Source: a virus
IMG/VR virus record: IMGVR_UViG_3300045988_156211
DNA length: 64,000 bases
Strand: one strand, 5' to 3'
This document shows positions 1 to 9,094 of this stretch, piece after piece. The notes under the pieces were generated by a model. That model did no database searches. It was not told where the DNA came from and was given only the letters and a program-made list of their open reading frames with translations. Both the position numbers and the translations under genes were made by a program. Positions within the stretch are counted from its first letter, which is position 1. Every line of letters begins with the position of its first letter.

Positions 1-16
1 ATACTATAGTAAAGTT

Positions 17-178
17 GGGGATTGAGGATGAGGATTTGGTTCTGAGATAGCGAATTTAGGATCTGGGATTTGGTATCACAAAAAAAAAGTCCAGCTATAC
101 GTGTACATATTGTAGTATAGCTGGAAAGCTCTTGTGTTTAGTACCCACCTTATCCTTATCCCCAAGTTGGGATTTAGG
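17..178. repeat. cluster of degenerate GGATTT(A/G)GG-like direct repeats in a non-coding end region
   Basis: The copies are GGGGATTGAGG (17..27), AGGATTTGG (31..39), GAATTTAGG (52..60), GGGATTTGG (65..73) and GGGATTTAGG (169..178). AAGTTGGGGATT and AAGTTGGGATTT flank the terminator hairpin. Confidence 0.4.
80..124 (-). terminator. intrinsic terminator (10-bp stem + U9)
   Basis: CCAGCTATAC (91..100) pairs with GTATAGCTGG (115..124). On the minus strand the hairpin is followed by T9 (the complement of A80..A88). Confidence 0.7.
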
Positions 179-237
179 ATTTTTTTTCGCTCCACCCCCT
201 GAAGGTACCTATAGTATGTTTATATATTAGCATTATA

Positions 238-501
238 TTATTTAAATATTAGGATAGTATCAGATTTTATTCGAATGTATCGATCTTTTATACTATCCGA
301 GTTTAGGTATATGTATGTATCTATTACTTTTACTGTATCAGATATTTTTGATTTATCTTGATACCTTATATTCTTTTTTGGTTTTTCTTTGTTTGGGGTG
401 GGTGCTTTATTGGGTAGGAATGGTAGGATTATTAAATATATCGATAGGATTAGATCGATTAATAGTAATTTTCCCAGGGGTTCCTTTAATAGCCTTTTCA
501 T
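238..501 (-). CDS. hypothetical small protein (87 aa) with one hydrophobic TM-like segment
   Basis: ATG start overlaps the stop of upstream ORF 498..686 as ATGA. Contains the hydrophobic run LLLIDLILSIYLIILPFL. An antisense ORF of similar size exists, so coding status is uncertain. Confidence 0.3.
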   Translation of the reverse strand: MKRLLKEPLGKLLLIDLILSIYLIILPFLPNKAPTPNKEKPKKNIRYQDKSKISDTVKVIDTYIYLNSDSIKDRYIRIKSDTILIFK

Positions 502-686
502 TCTGATAACTGATTTAATAGGTTTTTGTTTTGTTTGGAGAGGTACTTTTGGATTGCTTCCTTAGTCTTCTCGGATGTACCCGGGTAGAGATATAGGATA
601 GATATTTCTCTTTCTGATAGTGTAGAGAGGTATTCTATCTTCTCCTCTTCAGTTGGGATGTTCTCTATTATTTCTCTTTGTGTCAT
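498..686 (-). CDS. hypothetical protein (62 aa)
   Basis: ATG-initiated ORF in the minus-strand array, with a 4-nt overlap with the upstream ORF. No recognisable motif. Confidence 0.45.
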   Translation of the reverse strand: MTQREIIENIPTEEEKIEYLSTLSEREISILYLYPGTSEKTKEAIQKYLSKQNKNLLNQLSE

Positions 687-919
687 AGTAGTAATACTGA
701 GCTGATGAAGAATTCTACGTAGTCGTTATCGATACCTAAGTTATGGCAAGCCTCTTCGAAATCATCATATCCTAGATCTCCAATATCCTTTAGGTCATTT
801 AGGTTATCTATTTCGTTGTTGATGTAGTCGGATGCTTGTTTGGGAGAGCAATGGCATGAATCACATACCAGGTTTATTATCTTGTCTCTATCGTCAGAAG
901 TCATTTTCCTTAGTTCCAT
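683..919 (-). CDS. hypothetical acidic protein (78 aa)
   Basis: ATG-initiated ORF. Contains a CDSCHC segment and acidic composition. No family recognised. Confidence 0.45.
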   Translation of the reverse strand: MELRKMTSDDRDKIINLVCDSCHCSPKQASDYINNEIDNLNDLKDIGDLGYDDFEEACHNLGIDNDYVEFFISSVLLL

Positions 920-1139
920 GGTTATTCCTTTTTAGTGTTACTGTAAATATGTTTCTATTTCGTGTGCTATTAATTATTACGTGTACTCTGCTAGAGTTTG
1001 TTATGTACTTTAAGAAATAACTCATTACATATCTTATAAGATATAATCTAGAATGAGTTCTCATACTAGGTAACTTTACGAGGTAGTTAAAGGATTTGTT
1101 GTATACCTTAACTACCTCGATATCGTATTTTATGATCAT
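894..1139 (-). CDS. hypothetical basic protein (81 aa)
   Basis: The ATG shares 1 nt with the TAA of the upstream gene (TAATG), a junction type seen repeatedly in this window. No motif recognised. Confidence 0.35.
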   Translation of the reverse strand: MIIKYDIEVVKVYNKSFNYLVKLPSMRTHSRLYLIRYVMSYFLKYITNSSRVHVIINSTRNRNIFTVTLKRNNHGTKENDF

Positions 1140-2146
1140 TACTGTAGGAAAATCTTCTTGAATCTGTAATTGATCAGTTGAGCAACTGCAATATATTCCA
1201 TGTAGGTATCACTAGTGATAGGGTTAGGTTCTTGATTTACCCATTGTAAATATTCACTAAATGTACCTTCGAATTCTATGGCATGTAAGGGAAATAGCTT
1301 TTGAACTGATACCTTTACAAAATCCTCGTTTTTAAGAGTTTTTGCGAAATCCTCAGGATTTACATCTGTTGGGTTAGGTATAGCCTTATGATAAGCCAAT
1401 ATATCGTATTTGTCAGCGACATTATGAACCAGGATAAAATCCTTGAAACTGTTTATCCGGGCATGGTCATTTAAGGCTAATCCTGTAATCCTTATATTCT
1501 TATCTTCATATGAAGTACTTATAATGACTGATTTACCCTCTATACGAGAATCACCACATACTACAACATCAGTACCTATAACTGAATCATCATATATTTC
1601 TGAATGATCCATTATTAAGGCATTATCCTTTATAACGGCATCAAATACTTCGGCATAGTCTCTTATATGAGCTTTTCCACTTACCTTAGCATGTCCATGT
1701 ACATTAGCCGAATCCCTTACAACGGCCAAATCAAATACCTGAGCATTACCTCCAACAACCGCGGAATTCATTATTCTAGAAAAACCTGATACTTGAGCAT
1801 TGTCCATTACCATAGCATCATCTATAATTCTAGCAGAACTAAATACTATGGCTTCGTCAAATACCTTGCCACGGTTCGCTATCCAGGCATTGTCTTTTAC
1901 AGTAGCATCATCATTTACAATAGCATCTCCCACTACCCGGGCATTGCCCATTACCTTAGCATTACCTCCTACCCAACATTCATTGACTTGAGATAGGTTA
2001 TCATAGTTTTCTATGTATCCTCCCATATCTCCGGCTTTAACTCTTGTACTGACATCCCTTAAAGCTTGGATTCTGTATAGGGTTTTACCCTCGTATTCAA
2101 TTTTATGTTCGTCGTCCCTAATAATTTGATATTTTCGAGTTTCCAT
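1139..2146 (-). CDS. left-handed beta-helix (hexapeptide-repeat) protein, function unknown
   Basis: About 25 consecutive hexapeptide units run from VGGNAK/VMGNAR/VVGDAI through VCGDSR/IEGKSV. A non-repetitive C-terminal domain of about 110 aa follows. Confidence 0.7.
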   Translation of the reverse strand: METRKYQIIRDDEHKIEYEGKTLYRIQALRDVSTRVKAGDMGGYIENYDNLSQVNECWVGGNAKVMGNARVVGDAIVNDDATVKDNAWIANRGKVFDEAIVFSSARIIDDAMVMDNAQVSGFSRIMNSAVVGGNAQVFDLAVVRDSANVHGHAKVSGKAHIRDYAEVFDAVIKDNALIMDHSEIYDDSVIGTDVVVCGDSRIEGKSVIISTSYEDKNIRITGLALNDHARINSFKDFILVHNVADKYDILAYHKAIPNPTDVNPEDFAKTLKNEDFVKVSVQKLFPLHAIEFEGTFSEYLQWVNQEPNPITSDTYMEYIAVAQLINYRFKKIFLQ

Positions 2147-2158
2147 GTTTGTATGTAT

Positions 2159-2647
2159 TTAAAGGTTATTGTAAAGTTCGCTATCCAGGTATTTTGTAGT
2201 ACCGTCTGTGATGAATGGTTCGTTCTTCTTTATTGATTCATACATAGATAAGTACATCATGCAGTTTTCGTCCTCTTCATCGTAATGTTCAAAGTAAGTT
2301 TTGAATAGGCTTTGCATTTCTTTGAGCACCTGTTTGAAATACCCATCGTAAGCAACGGTTAAATCCCGGAGAAGACTTAAGAAATATAAAGCCTGGCAGG
2401 CACATTCCATATTATCTGGTATGTAGTCAAACCAATAGTCATCACCGTATTCTTCTGAAAAATCTATGTTTTGTAGGTTTTTCATAGTGTCCTTGTATAA
2501 GGAGATAGCATCCTTATAGATGATAGCCGTAGAATAATCTGGATCATCATTAAGGTTTATTACTTGTGAAGCATTTGTTGATACCCAATCATCTGTTCTT
2601 GAGAAGATTGAGATGTTCAGTGTGGTGTTTGCATTTTTATTAGTCAT
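2159..2647 (-). CDS. hypothetical acidic protein (162 aa)
   Basis: ATG ORF directly downstream of conserved promoter-leader cassette copy 1. Confidence 0.6.
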   Translation of the reverse strand: MTNKNANTTLNISIFSRTDDWVSTNASQVINLNDDPDYSTAIIYKDAISLYKDTMKNLQNIDFSEEYGDDYWFDYIPDNMECACQALYFLSLLRDLTVAYDGYFKQVLKEMQSLFKTYFEHYDEEDENCMMYLSMYESIKKNEPFITDGTTKYLDSELYNNL

Positions 2648-2693
2648 AAATTATTATTTTAAAATGTGAAACATAAATTATTTAATTCACTTG

Positions 2694-2725
2694 CAAAATT
2701 AATACAAATATTTTTATTATGCAAA
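2694..2725 (-). promoter_or_regulatory. Bacteroidetes-type promoter, cassette copy 1 (TTTG-N20-TAATTTTG)
   Basis: On the minus strand the sequence reads ATTTGCATAATAAAAATATTTGTATTAATTTTGCAAG. It is embedded in a conserved unit of about 110 bp (roughly 2648..2757) that also includes the leader GTTTCACATTTTAAAATAATAATTT-ATG. Confidence 0.7.
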
Positions 2726-2794
2726 TAAATACAGACATTTTTATAAAAATAGCTGAGTTCCGAGGGAGGTGTATAGGATAAAGTATATACACAC

Positions 2795-2829
2795 TAAAAA
2801 GAGGATCTACTTTCTCAAGCAAATCCTCT
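2795..2829 (-). terminator. intrinsic terminator downstream of 2920..3309
   Basis: AGAGGAT pairs with ATCCTCT (7-bp stem, 16-nt loop), followed on the minus strand by TTTTT. Confidence 0.5.
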
Positions 2830-2919
2830 ACCAAAAACAATAAATTTACTAAAATAATAGTTAAAACAAAATCCTCGTATAGATGTTATGCAGATATTTG
2901 TAAAGTCATATTTATATAG

Positions 2920-3309
2920 TCATCGTATAACCAATTCGTCAACTGGCACTTTTAATATACTAGATATTTCAGATAAAAGGCCTATCCCGGGTTGTGCTCC
3001 ATTATAAGCCATTACCTGTAAACTGTTTGGGTTCTTCATATTAAGCATATTGCTTAGGCTTTTTATAGATATACCCTTAGATTTACATACTTCTCCTATC
3101 CTATTACTTATAAATCCATGTTTTTTCTTACGCATAGCCATACTTACATATTGACATGCAGATGATTTGCTTTTAAAATTCTTAAGACACCATCTCTGAC
3201 CAGTACGTATTTTTGTAGCCCATACATTAAAACTCCTAGCCTTAATCCCGGGCTTTATATCAAAATCTTCATACAATCGAAAGAATAAATATTTTTTATC
3301 TATCTTCAT
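2920..3309 (-). CDS. putative XRE-type helix-turn-helix DNA-binding protein
   Basis: The C-terminal segment IGEVCKSKGISIKSLSNMLNMKNPNSLQVMAYNGAQPGIGLLSEISSILKVPVDELV has the XRE/Cro HTH pattern. A terminator hairpin follows the gene. Confidence 0.45.
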   Translation of the reverse strand: MKIDKKYLFFRLYEDFDIKPGIKARSFNVWATKIRTGQRWCLKNFKSKSSACQYVSMAMRKKKHGFISNRIGEVCKSKGISIKSLSNMLNMKNPNSLQVMAYNGAQPGIGLLSEISSILKVPVDELVIR

Positions 3310-3338
3310 GCTTATATTACTTTTTATTTAGGCATAAA

Positions 3339-3689
3339 TTAATCTTGTCTAGAATTATCTTTTACTAATAGCTTTATAATTTCTACTTGTATTCTAAATC
3401 CCGTCTCTTGAGGAATATATAATATCGTAAGAATAAGGCTATCATTTGGTAATAGCATCTGAATAACATGATTGGGTATTACCAATATGGGTTGTGGAGC
3501 ACATCCATCCCGGGTAAAATTATCAAAGATAGCTTTTATACGGCTTTCAACTTCACTTACACCAGGTATGGCTATTCTTATAGATGTCATGGCTTGTTTT
3601 AACCCTTGAGTAAGAGCTTCATATAACCAAGTATTATCCACTAAATCATTTTTAGCCATCCTTACTATATTTATGCTAACATTTTCCAT
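3339..3689 (-). CDS. hypothetical protein (116 aa)
   Basis: ATG ORF in the minus-strand array. No motif recognised. Confidence 0.5.
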   Translation of the reverse strand: MENVSINIVRMAKNDLVDNTWLYEALTQGLKQAMTSIRIAIPGVSEVESRIKAIFDNFTRDGCAPQPILVIPNHVIQMLLPNDSLILTILYIPQETGFRIQVEIIKLLVKDNSRQD

Positions 3690-3693
3690 AATT

Positions 3694-4599
3694 CTATTTG
3701 TTTAAGTACATTGACCCAATAGATTCTAAACTAGAGTCCTCTTCTGAAGTATCTGGTTCATCGTATATATCCAGTTCTGGGTCATAATCATCCGGATCTA
3801 TGTTTTGTTCAATCTCTCTTCTTAACTGATGGTGTAATTCTGATGATTTTTCCAAAGCACCTTTATAATTATCTACTATGGCATTTAGTTCTACATTATC
3901 CAGGCTAGATACTTCTTTTTGTTCTATATTGCCCTGCTTAGTAGCAACTACTTCAGGTAAATCTCCTATATCATATTTACTTTCTAAGAATTTTACTTCT
4001 GAGGATTCTATGTAATTATTGGCTGCTTCGTCTTGAATCATATTTCTAGCCTCTTCTATAGTTATATATTGATTATTAGTCTCAATAACGTTATTGCTAT
4101 TAATCTGATTAAAGATGTTAGTAGTACCACCTCCAATAAGATTTTTAAGGATAGTTTGGAGAGAACCTGAAGAATCCAGCTTTAACTTTAAAGCTTTATT
4201 TAGTTCTGCAGTTAAGTATGGTACATACTTACCATTCTGAGCTTTCTTGAGTATTTCTACCTGTTTAGATATTTCCATTCTATCCTCTAAAGCCCATAGT
4301 AGTTGTTCACCACATAAGCTATTGAACATCTCTTCTTGTTTATCCTTGTCCCATATCTTGTTAGATAGTAGTCTATCTCTCATTAAGACTTGAATATAAG
4401 AGGGTTCAACATTCAGGGTATCAGCCAAATGATTTATATCATAGGATATGCCACATACATAGCCATTATTCAAAAGCCACTGATTTATGAAGTAATCTTG
4501 GGCTTTTTTCAAATAGCCTTTATCTTTAGTTTTATGGAAACTACTCATTAATGAAGTAAATCCCATAGGTCTTGGTATTCTTTTAGGACTTCCTGACAT
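3694..4599 (-). CDS. hypothetical protein (about 300 aa, acidic C-terminus)
   Basis: The long ORF 3694..4632 in the track begins at a TTG. The first ATG is at 4599 and another is at 4566, so the start is uncertain. Confidence 0.5.
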   Translation of the reverse strand: MSGSPKRIPRPMGFTSLMSSFHKTKDKGYLKKAQDYFINQWLLNNGYVCGISYDINHLADTLNVEPSYIQVLMRDRLLSNKIWDKDKQEEMFNSLCGEQLLWALEDRMEISKQVEILKKAQNGKYVPYLTAELNKALKLKLDSSGSLQTILKNLIGGGTTNIFNQINSNNVIETNNQYITIEEARNMIQDEAANNYIESSEVKFLESKYDIGDLPEVVATKQGNIEQKEVSSLDNVELNAIVDNYKGALEKSSELHHQLRREIEQNIDPDDYDPELDIYDEPDTSEEDSSLESIGSMYLNK

Positions 4600-4894
4600 A
4601 CTTGTAAGATTTTCTAATATCGTTTTTTTCAATATAGTCTATCTTCTCTAAATTTGCCCATAAGTATAAATCAACTCCCTTATAAAAGTGATCAGAGTAA
4701 ATAAAAGCTTCAAACCTATTATTAGGGTATGATATTAAGGTAAATGGTATATCATGTACCAAATCCCGGGTAAATATGAATTCACCTTCTATAGATTTAG
4801 GGATTTCCTGAAGGAAATCCCTAATCCCAATAACCCTAAATTTATTACCATGTAGATCTAGGATTACATCACCCGTATTATTTTTGTCTCGCAT
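4583..4894 (-). CDS. hypothetical protein (103 aa)
   Basis: ATG ORF in the array. No motif recognised. Confidence 0.5.
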   Translation of the reverse strand: MRDKNNTGDVILDLHGNKFRVIGIRDFLQEIPKSIEGEFIFTRDLVHDIPFTLISYPNNRFEAFIYSDHFYKGVDLYLWANLEKIDYIEKNDIRKSYKYVRKS

Positions 4895-5333
4895 TACTAG
4901 GATATTTTTCTAATAACCTTTTAACACCTATCGGATCTTCTCTATCGGCATCCTTAGGATTATCCTCAATCTCTGTGATCGGTTCATGGTTTTTATACCT
5001 AAACTGATTTATTTTAGATTGCTGATTGGGGAAATTCCTATTCCTATAAGGAACCACATAATTCCTATAAAAGTATCCCCAAAGACCCTGGGTTAAACCC
5101 TTGCCTATGTAATGTAGTCTGAGACTTGATATGCTTTTGAATTTTACCTCAAAGTTTTTAACCAACTCTCTAAAAGCTGCATAGTATATAACTCCTGATT
5201 TAGGATTTACATATTTGCTTTCGGCTATCTTTAATAAAAACTCGGTACCAAATTCTCTCATGAACTCTTTTCTATCGAATTCATAGTTTTTCTGGTCCAT
5301 ATTGAATTTCTTAATGTATTCTAGTGCTTCCAT
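4878..5333 (-). CDS. hypothetical protein (151 aa)
   Basis: ATG ORF in the array. No motif recognised. Confidence 0.5.
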   Translation of the reverse strand: MEALEYIKKFNMDQKNYEFDRKEFMREFGTEFLLKIAESKYVNPKSGVIYYAAFRELVKNFEVKFKSISSLRLHYIGKGLTQGLWGYFYRNYVVPYRNRNFPNQQSKINQFRYKNHEPITEIEDNPKDADREDPIGVKRLLEKYPSNARQK

Positions 5334-5335
5334 TT

Positions 5336-5806
5336 CTATTCGTATTTTAATGTTACATCGATTGGTTTTGGTAATATTGTGAATAAATAACCGAATTTAC
5401 CTTCATCGGTCAAAATTTCAATATATGAAGACCATACAGATCCCCTTATTCTAAATAAATCCAGTTGAACTGGACCACCCTTTAAGGGTATCTCTGTGAT
5501 ATATAATGTATGATCACTTTCAGCGTATCCATAGGATTCAAAAGTAAAGTGTGGTTTATTATCATGTATCCATAAATTACCCTCTATAAAATACTTAGGA
5601 TATCTTTCTGAGTTTTTGGTATCCATGAATTTACATTTCCATAAGTACCCTCTTCCATAAAGATATCCAAAGGTAGTTTCTGGATCGATTTCCCCATTGG
5701 GATTAGCAGGATAACTAAATATGAGTTTTGCTATGTTTGTTTTTAGATTTCTTATTAGCATGTTTACGGTTTTTAGACTTTTTTCGATGAGACAATAGGT
5801 AATCAT
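5336..5806 (-). CDS. hypothetical protein (about 156 aa)
   Basis: The track ORF 5336..5827 starts at TTG. ATG codons lie at 5806 and 5761. It overlaps the 3' end of ORF 5715..6056. Confidence 0.4.
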   Translation of the reverse strand: MITYCLIEKSLKTVNMLIRNLKTNIAKLIFSYPANPNGEIDPETTFGYLYGRGYLWKCKFMDTKNSERYPKYFIEGNLWIHDNKPHFTFESYGYAESDHTLYITEIPLKGGPVQLDLFRIRGSVWSSYIEILTDEGKFGYLFTILPKPIDVTLKYE

Positions 5807-6056
5807 TGATATCTTCCACTCTATCAAGTATTATGGCTTTTACCAATATCTTAACAGGTAAGAAGAAAATGTTCTGTATATTACTAGCATCTATGTATAC
5901 ATCATACAATTTCATGAACTTATTACGATCACTAAACTTTAAATCCCGTTGGATTAAGTAAGTGATGATAGCCTTTTTATGTAAGGCTATCAACTCTTCC
6001 CTATTTTTGGATACCTCCTTTTTGGAAAGAGCCGTATACCTCTTATAGTTAGCCAT
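5715..6056 (-). CDS. hypothetical protein (113 aa) with Lys/His-rich tail
   Basis: ATG ORF. The C-terminal 25 aa are low-complexity basic sequence lying in the overlap with the next ORF. Confidence 0.45.
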   Translation of the reverse strand: MANYKRYTALSKKEVSKNREELIALHKKAIITYLIQRDLKFSDRNKFMKLYDVYIDASNIQNIFFLPVKILVKAIILDRVEDINDYLLSHRKKSKNRKHANKKSKNKHSKTHI

Positions 6057-6115
6057 AGTGAGTAAAATTTTAGGTTAGTGAGATATGGATTTTCCCACTA
6101 ACCTAACCTAAGAAA

Positions 6116-6649
6116 TTATACGACTTCCACATTTGGTTTGAGAACTTCAGATTTGTATGTTTCGAATTCCTTCTTGGCTTCCTTATATTCCTTAGAATTT
6201 TCATCCTTAATTCTAAGGTAAGCCCTTTCTAAGGTCTTGAGTTTGTTTCTTACAGATTGTCTCCATTTCTTTCTCTGAAGAGTATCCTCTATTCCTTCCG
6301 GGTATATGTATTTAACTTCCCGGTTAGAAGTTACCTTTTCAACCAATGTTGCAGCCTGCTGTTTGGCAACATCCTTGATAACCTTGTCGACCTTTTCTTC
6401 CTTGGATGCCTTCTTCTTGAGTTTGACTACCTTATCGACTTTTTCCTTGTTTTCCGTACTGTTAGGTTTAAGTAAACTCTGGATGCTTTTGAGTTTCTTA
6501 GGTTCTTCCGATTGAGATTTTTCGGATTTTGTTTTGTTAACCTTCTTAGGTTCGGTTGATTTTGTTTTTTCTACCTTGGTTTTGTTAACCTTCTTAGTTT
6601 CCTGGGTGTTCTCAGCTTTTTCGGCTTTAACTTTTAATGATTTTTTCAT
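6116..6649 (-). CDS. Lys-rich low-complexity protein (177 aa)
   Basis: The N-terminal half is K/E/T-rich with a tandem 16-aa repeat, KKVNKTKVEKTKSTEP / KKVNKTKSEKSQSEEP. The gene is driven by promoter-leader cassette copy 2. Confidence 0.6.
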   Translation of the reverse strand: MKKSLKVKAEKAENTQETKKVNKTKVEKTKSTEPKKVNKTKSEKSQSEEPKKLKSIQSLLKPNSTENKEKVDKVVKLKKKASKEEKVDKVIKDVAKQQAATLVEKVTSNREVKYIYPEGIEDTLQRKKWRQSVRNKLKTLERAYLRIKDENSKEYKEAKKEFETYKSEVLKPNVEVV

Positions 6650-6697
6650 AAATTATTATTTTAAAATGTGAAACATATATTAATTATTTTCTGTTTG

Positions 6698-6729
6698 CAA
6701 AATTAATACATTTATTTTATATATGCAAA
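6698..6729 (-). promoter_or_regulatory. Bacteroidetes-type promoter, cassette copy 2
   Basis: Has the same TTTG-N20-TAATTTTG arrangement and a near-identical leader upstream of 6116..6649 (unit roughly 6650..6765). Confidence 0.7.
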
Positions 6730-6781
6730 TATTTTTCATATTATTTTTTAAAATAGGTAGGTTCTAACAGCCAAAGTAGAG

Positions 6782-7066
6782 CTATTTGGTTAGCTCTACT
6801 TCTACATAGGTAAATCCGGGTTCTATAACATATTTGCCAATAGCTTTACCAACGGATTCTTTATTTCTAATAACCTCTAAGAGATTATCATACACTTCCT
6901 GAGTTACATTATAGTACCTATAAATCTTATAACTCTTGTAAACCACATATAGGTGATTTTCCCTGGGTACATATCCAAAAGCCAATAGCCTACTTGACTT
7001 AAAACCATTTATGAATTCAATACCCAAGATTCTTTCAAGAGCTAATATTACATTATTCTTCTTCAT
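6782..7066 (-). CDS. KTSC-domain-like small protein
   Basis: SSRLLAFGYVPRENHLYVVYKSYKIYRYYNVTQEVYDNLLEV...SVGKAIGKYV matches the KTSC pattern (S..I..vgYd...L.V.F..g..Y.Y..V....y..l....S.G.y) by eye. Confidence 0.45.
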   Translation of the reverse strand: MKKNNVILALERILGIEFINGFKSSRLLAFGYVPRENHLYVVYKSYKIYRYYNVTQEVYDNLLEVIRNKESVGKAIGKYVIEPGFTYVEVELTK

Positions 7067-7505
7067 TACTACTCTTATAATACTTAATCTTACAAGGTTC
7101 TATAAAATTATCCAAATAGTTCCATTCCTTATGAAATGAATTCTTTATACTGAATAACAGTTCCCAGGTTTTAAATACTACGTCCTGTCCAAACTTAGAT
7201 ACCCAGGTATCTTCCATTTCATATAGAATATGTATACAGATGTCTACCTGATCTTCACTTATGAGTTTTAGAGTTTTCTCTGGATAATCAGAAGTGATAA
7301 CAAAAGAGTAGTAGTCTATTATCTTATCCCTTTGCTTAACTAAAGATTCACCTGTATTACTATCATAACTGAAGAGAGGTTTTATGTGTCTCAAAATATC
7401 CAGAGGCATTTCGTTATCATCCTTATTAAGACTTATACTGCGTAATGCCTTAATCTGGATATCAGATATCATTACGATTATTTCTCCTATACCAACGGTT
7501 TCCAT
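7053..7505 (-). CDS. hypothetical protein (150 aa)
   Basis: ATG ORF in the array. No motif recognised. Confidence 0.5.
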   Translation of the reverse strand: METVGIGEIIVMISDIQIKALRSISLNKDDNEMPLDILRHIKPLFSYDSNTGESLVKQRDKIIDYYSFVITSDYPEKTLKLISEDQVDICIHILYEMEDTWVSKFGQDVVFKTWELLFSIKNSFHKEWNYLDNFIEPCKIKYYKSSNEEE

Positions 7506-7507
7506 AT

Positions 7508-8362
7508 TTATCTCTTTACCACATCATTGTAAATTTTCTCTTTTACATTATTCGGGAATACCACATCCCTATACCATCTGAGGAAGAACTTAGAAGGTTT
7601 CTTTTCTGGGTTCATAAGTAATTGCCTTTGTTCTGTAGAGAACTTTATTCTTTCTTCCTCTAACATCCAAGCAGGCATTTTAGTGAACTCAACCGTATTA
7701 AAGTTCAATACCTTCTTACCCACATCTATTTTTAATGGGTGTTTTCTTTCCTTATATAAATATGGTACTACCTTACGAGATGGTCCATTGATAATAGAGA
7801 ACCCAAAGATTATCATAGGATCAAACTTATCAGATTTAGGATCCTTAGCTCTCTTTATACATCTTACCATCCATGATAGAGAATTCAGATACTGATGATT
7901 TTGATTGGGTTCTCCAATATCCCGGGTATGAAAAGGAAAATCCTTAAAGTGATATAACAGGTCCTCAGTTAGGATAAATACAAATCCCAGGTCTCTCAAG
8001 TATTTAATTATACTATCCTGATTTTCTCCATCCTTAACTTTATTCTCTACATTCAACAGAATATCCTCCCTGGGTGATTCTATTGGTGTTGAAGCATTGG
8101 TTGAGGGTCTTCCTCTACCTACTGAAGGCTCTTTTAAGGGTAGGTTTCCTACTAATTGATCTAAGTAACTTTTGAAAGATTCAATATCAGATTTATTAGT
8201 AAGAGTAACTTCTACTCTTATAGGACCTTTATGCTGTATTTTTGGACCTGAATTTAATTCGGTATAAGCATCTACCAACCTATCCTGAATATAACTACCA
8301 TTTTCAGTTAAGGTGGTTATTCTCATCTTGGGTTTATATTTCTTTTCTTCTGTAGGTTCCAT
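7508..8362 (-). CDS. hypothetical protein (284 aa)
   Basis: ATG ORF, preceded by a terminator hairpin at 8384..8418. No motif recognised. Confidence 0.55.
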   Translation of the reverse strand: MEPTEEKKYKPKMRITTLTENGSYIQDRLVDAYTELNSGPKIQHKGPIRVEVTLTNKSDIESFKSYLDQLVGNLPLKEPSVGRGRPSTNASTPIESPREDILLNVENKVKDGENQDSIIKYLRDLGFVFILTEDLLYHFKDFPFHTRDIGEPNQNHQYLNSLSWMVRCIKRAKDPKSDKFDPMIIFGFSIINGPSRKVVPYLYKERKHPLKIDVGKKVLNFNTVEFTKMPAWMLEEERIKFSTEQRQLLMNPEKKPSKFFLRWYRDVVFPNNVKEKIYNDVVKR

Positions 8363-8383
8363 ATGATATGTGTTTTTAGAGTT

Positions 8384-8418
8384 AAAAAAAGGGGAGCATA
8401 AAGTTAATTATGCTCCCC
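8384..8418 (-). terminator. intrinsic terminator downstream of 8468..9076
   Basis: GGGGAGCATA pairs with TATGCTCCCC (10-bp stem, 8-nt loop), followed on the minus strand by T7. Confidence 0.8.
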
Positions 8419-8467
8419 TAATGAATGGCTTTTACTAGAATTATATTTTGAGGAGTTTTATAAGGTG

Positions 8468-9076
8468 TCAATCCTCTTCTTTCTTCGATTTAGCCTTCTT
8501 CTTAGACTTCTCCGGCTTTTTAGATGATGCCTTGTCTTTCTTGGATTTCTCCGGCTTAACCGAATCCTTAGATTTTTCTTTGTTACCCTTTGTTTCCTTC
8601 TTGTCCTTAGGAGCCTGGTTTTTCTTTCTCATCTCCATGCGGTATTTTTTCTTCTCCGCTGAAGTCATCTCCCGGCCATCTATCAAAGGATAATCATACT
8701 TACATCGTTTTGGGTCAGATTTCTTAGTTTCCTTATCCTTACCCTTAACTTCTGATGCCTTAACTGTTTTCTTTGTTTTTTCCTTCAAGCCCTTAGCTGA
8801 CTTAGCTTCTTCGAGCTTCTCTTTTTTCATTTTTTTCATTATACTTTTCTTTATTTTAATGGTTAAATAGTTTTTCCTACTCTTACCCAAATCATTTAGT
8901 GGGTATTCGAATTGGATTTTATCTCTTTCTCGATTTATTTTTAAAAGTAATAGTCCAATCGTTTTACCATGGATTGGGTCTTTGCTATAATCCTTTAAAA
9001 GGCTCAAATTGTGTTTCTTTATATAATCAAAGAGCTCTTTTTTGGATTTGCTTAACTCTGGAGTATAATTTTCCAT
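8468..9076 (-). CDS. Lys-rich protein (202 aa), C-terminal half highly basic
   Basis: The C-terminal roughly 110 aa are K/E/S low complexity (for example KKETKGNKEKSKDSVKPEKSKKDKASSKKPEKSKKKAKSKKEED). A strong terminator follows. Confidence 0.6.
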   Translation of the reverse strand: MENYTPELSKSKKELFDYIKKHNLSLLKDYSKDPIHGKTIGLLLLKINRERDKIQFEYPLNDLGKSRKNYLTIKIKKSIMKKMKKEKLEEAKSAKGLKEKTKKTVKASEVKGKDKETKKSDPKRCKYDYPLIDGREMTSAEKKKYRMEMRKKNQAPKDKKETKGNKEKSKDSVKPEKSKKDKASSKKPEKSKKKAKSKKEED

Positions 9077-9094
9077 TTCCTATCCTTTTAAATA

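Noticed and set aside
5715-5827. I considered the overlap between ORFs 5715..6056 and 5336..5827 as a second programmed frameshift.
   Set aside because: The downstream ORF has in-frame ATG codons at 5806 and 5761, so ordinary initiation with a modest overlap is sufficient. Only an A6 run is present, and there is no positional precedent. It is left as two genes with an uncertain start.
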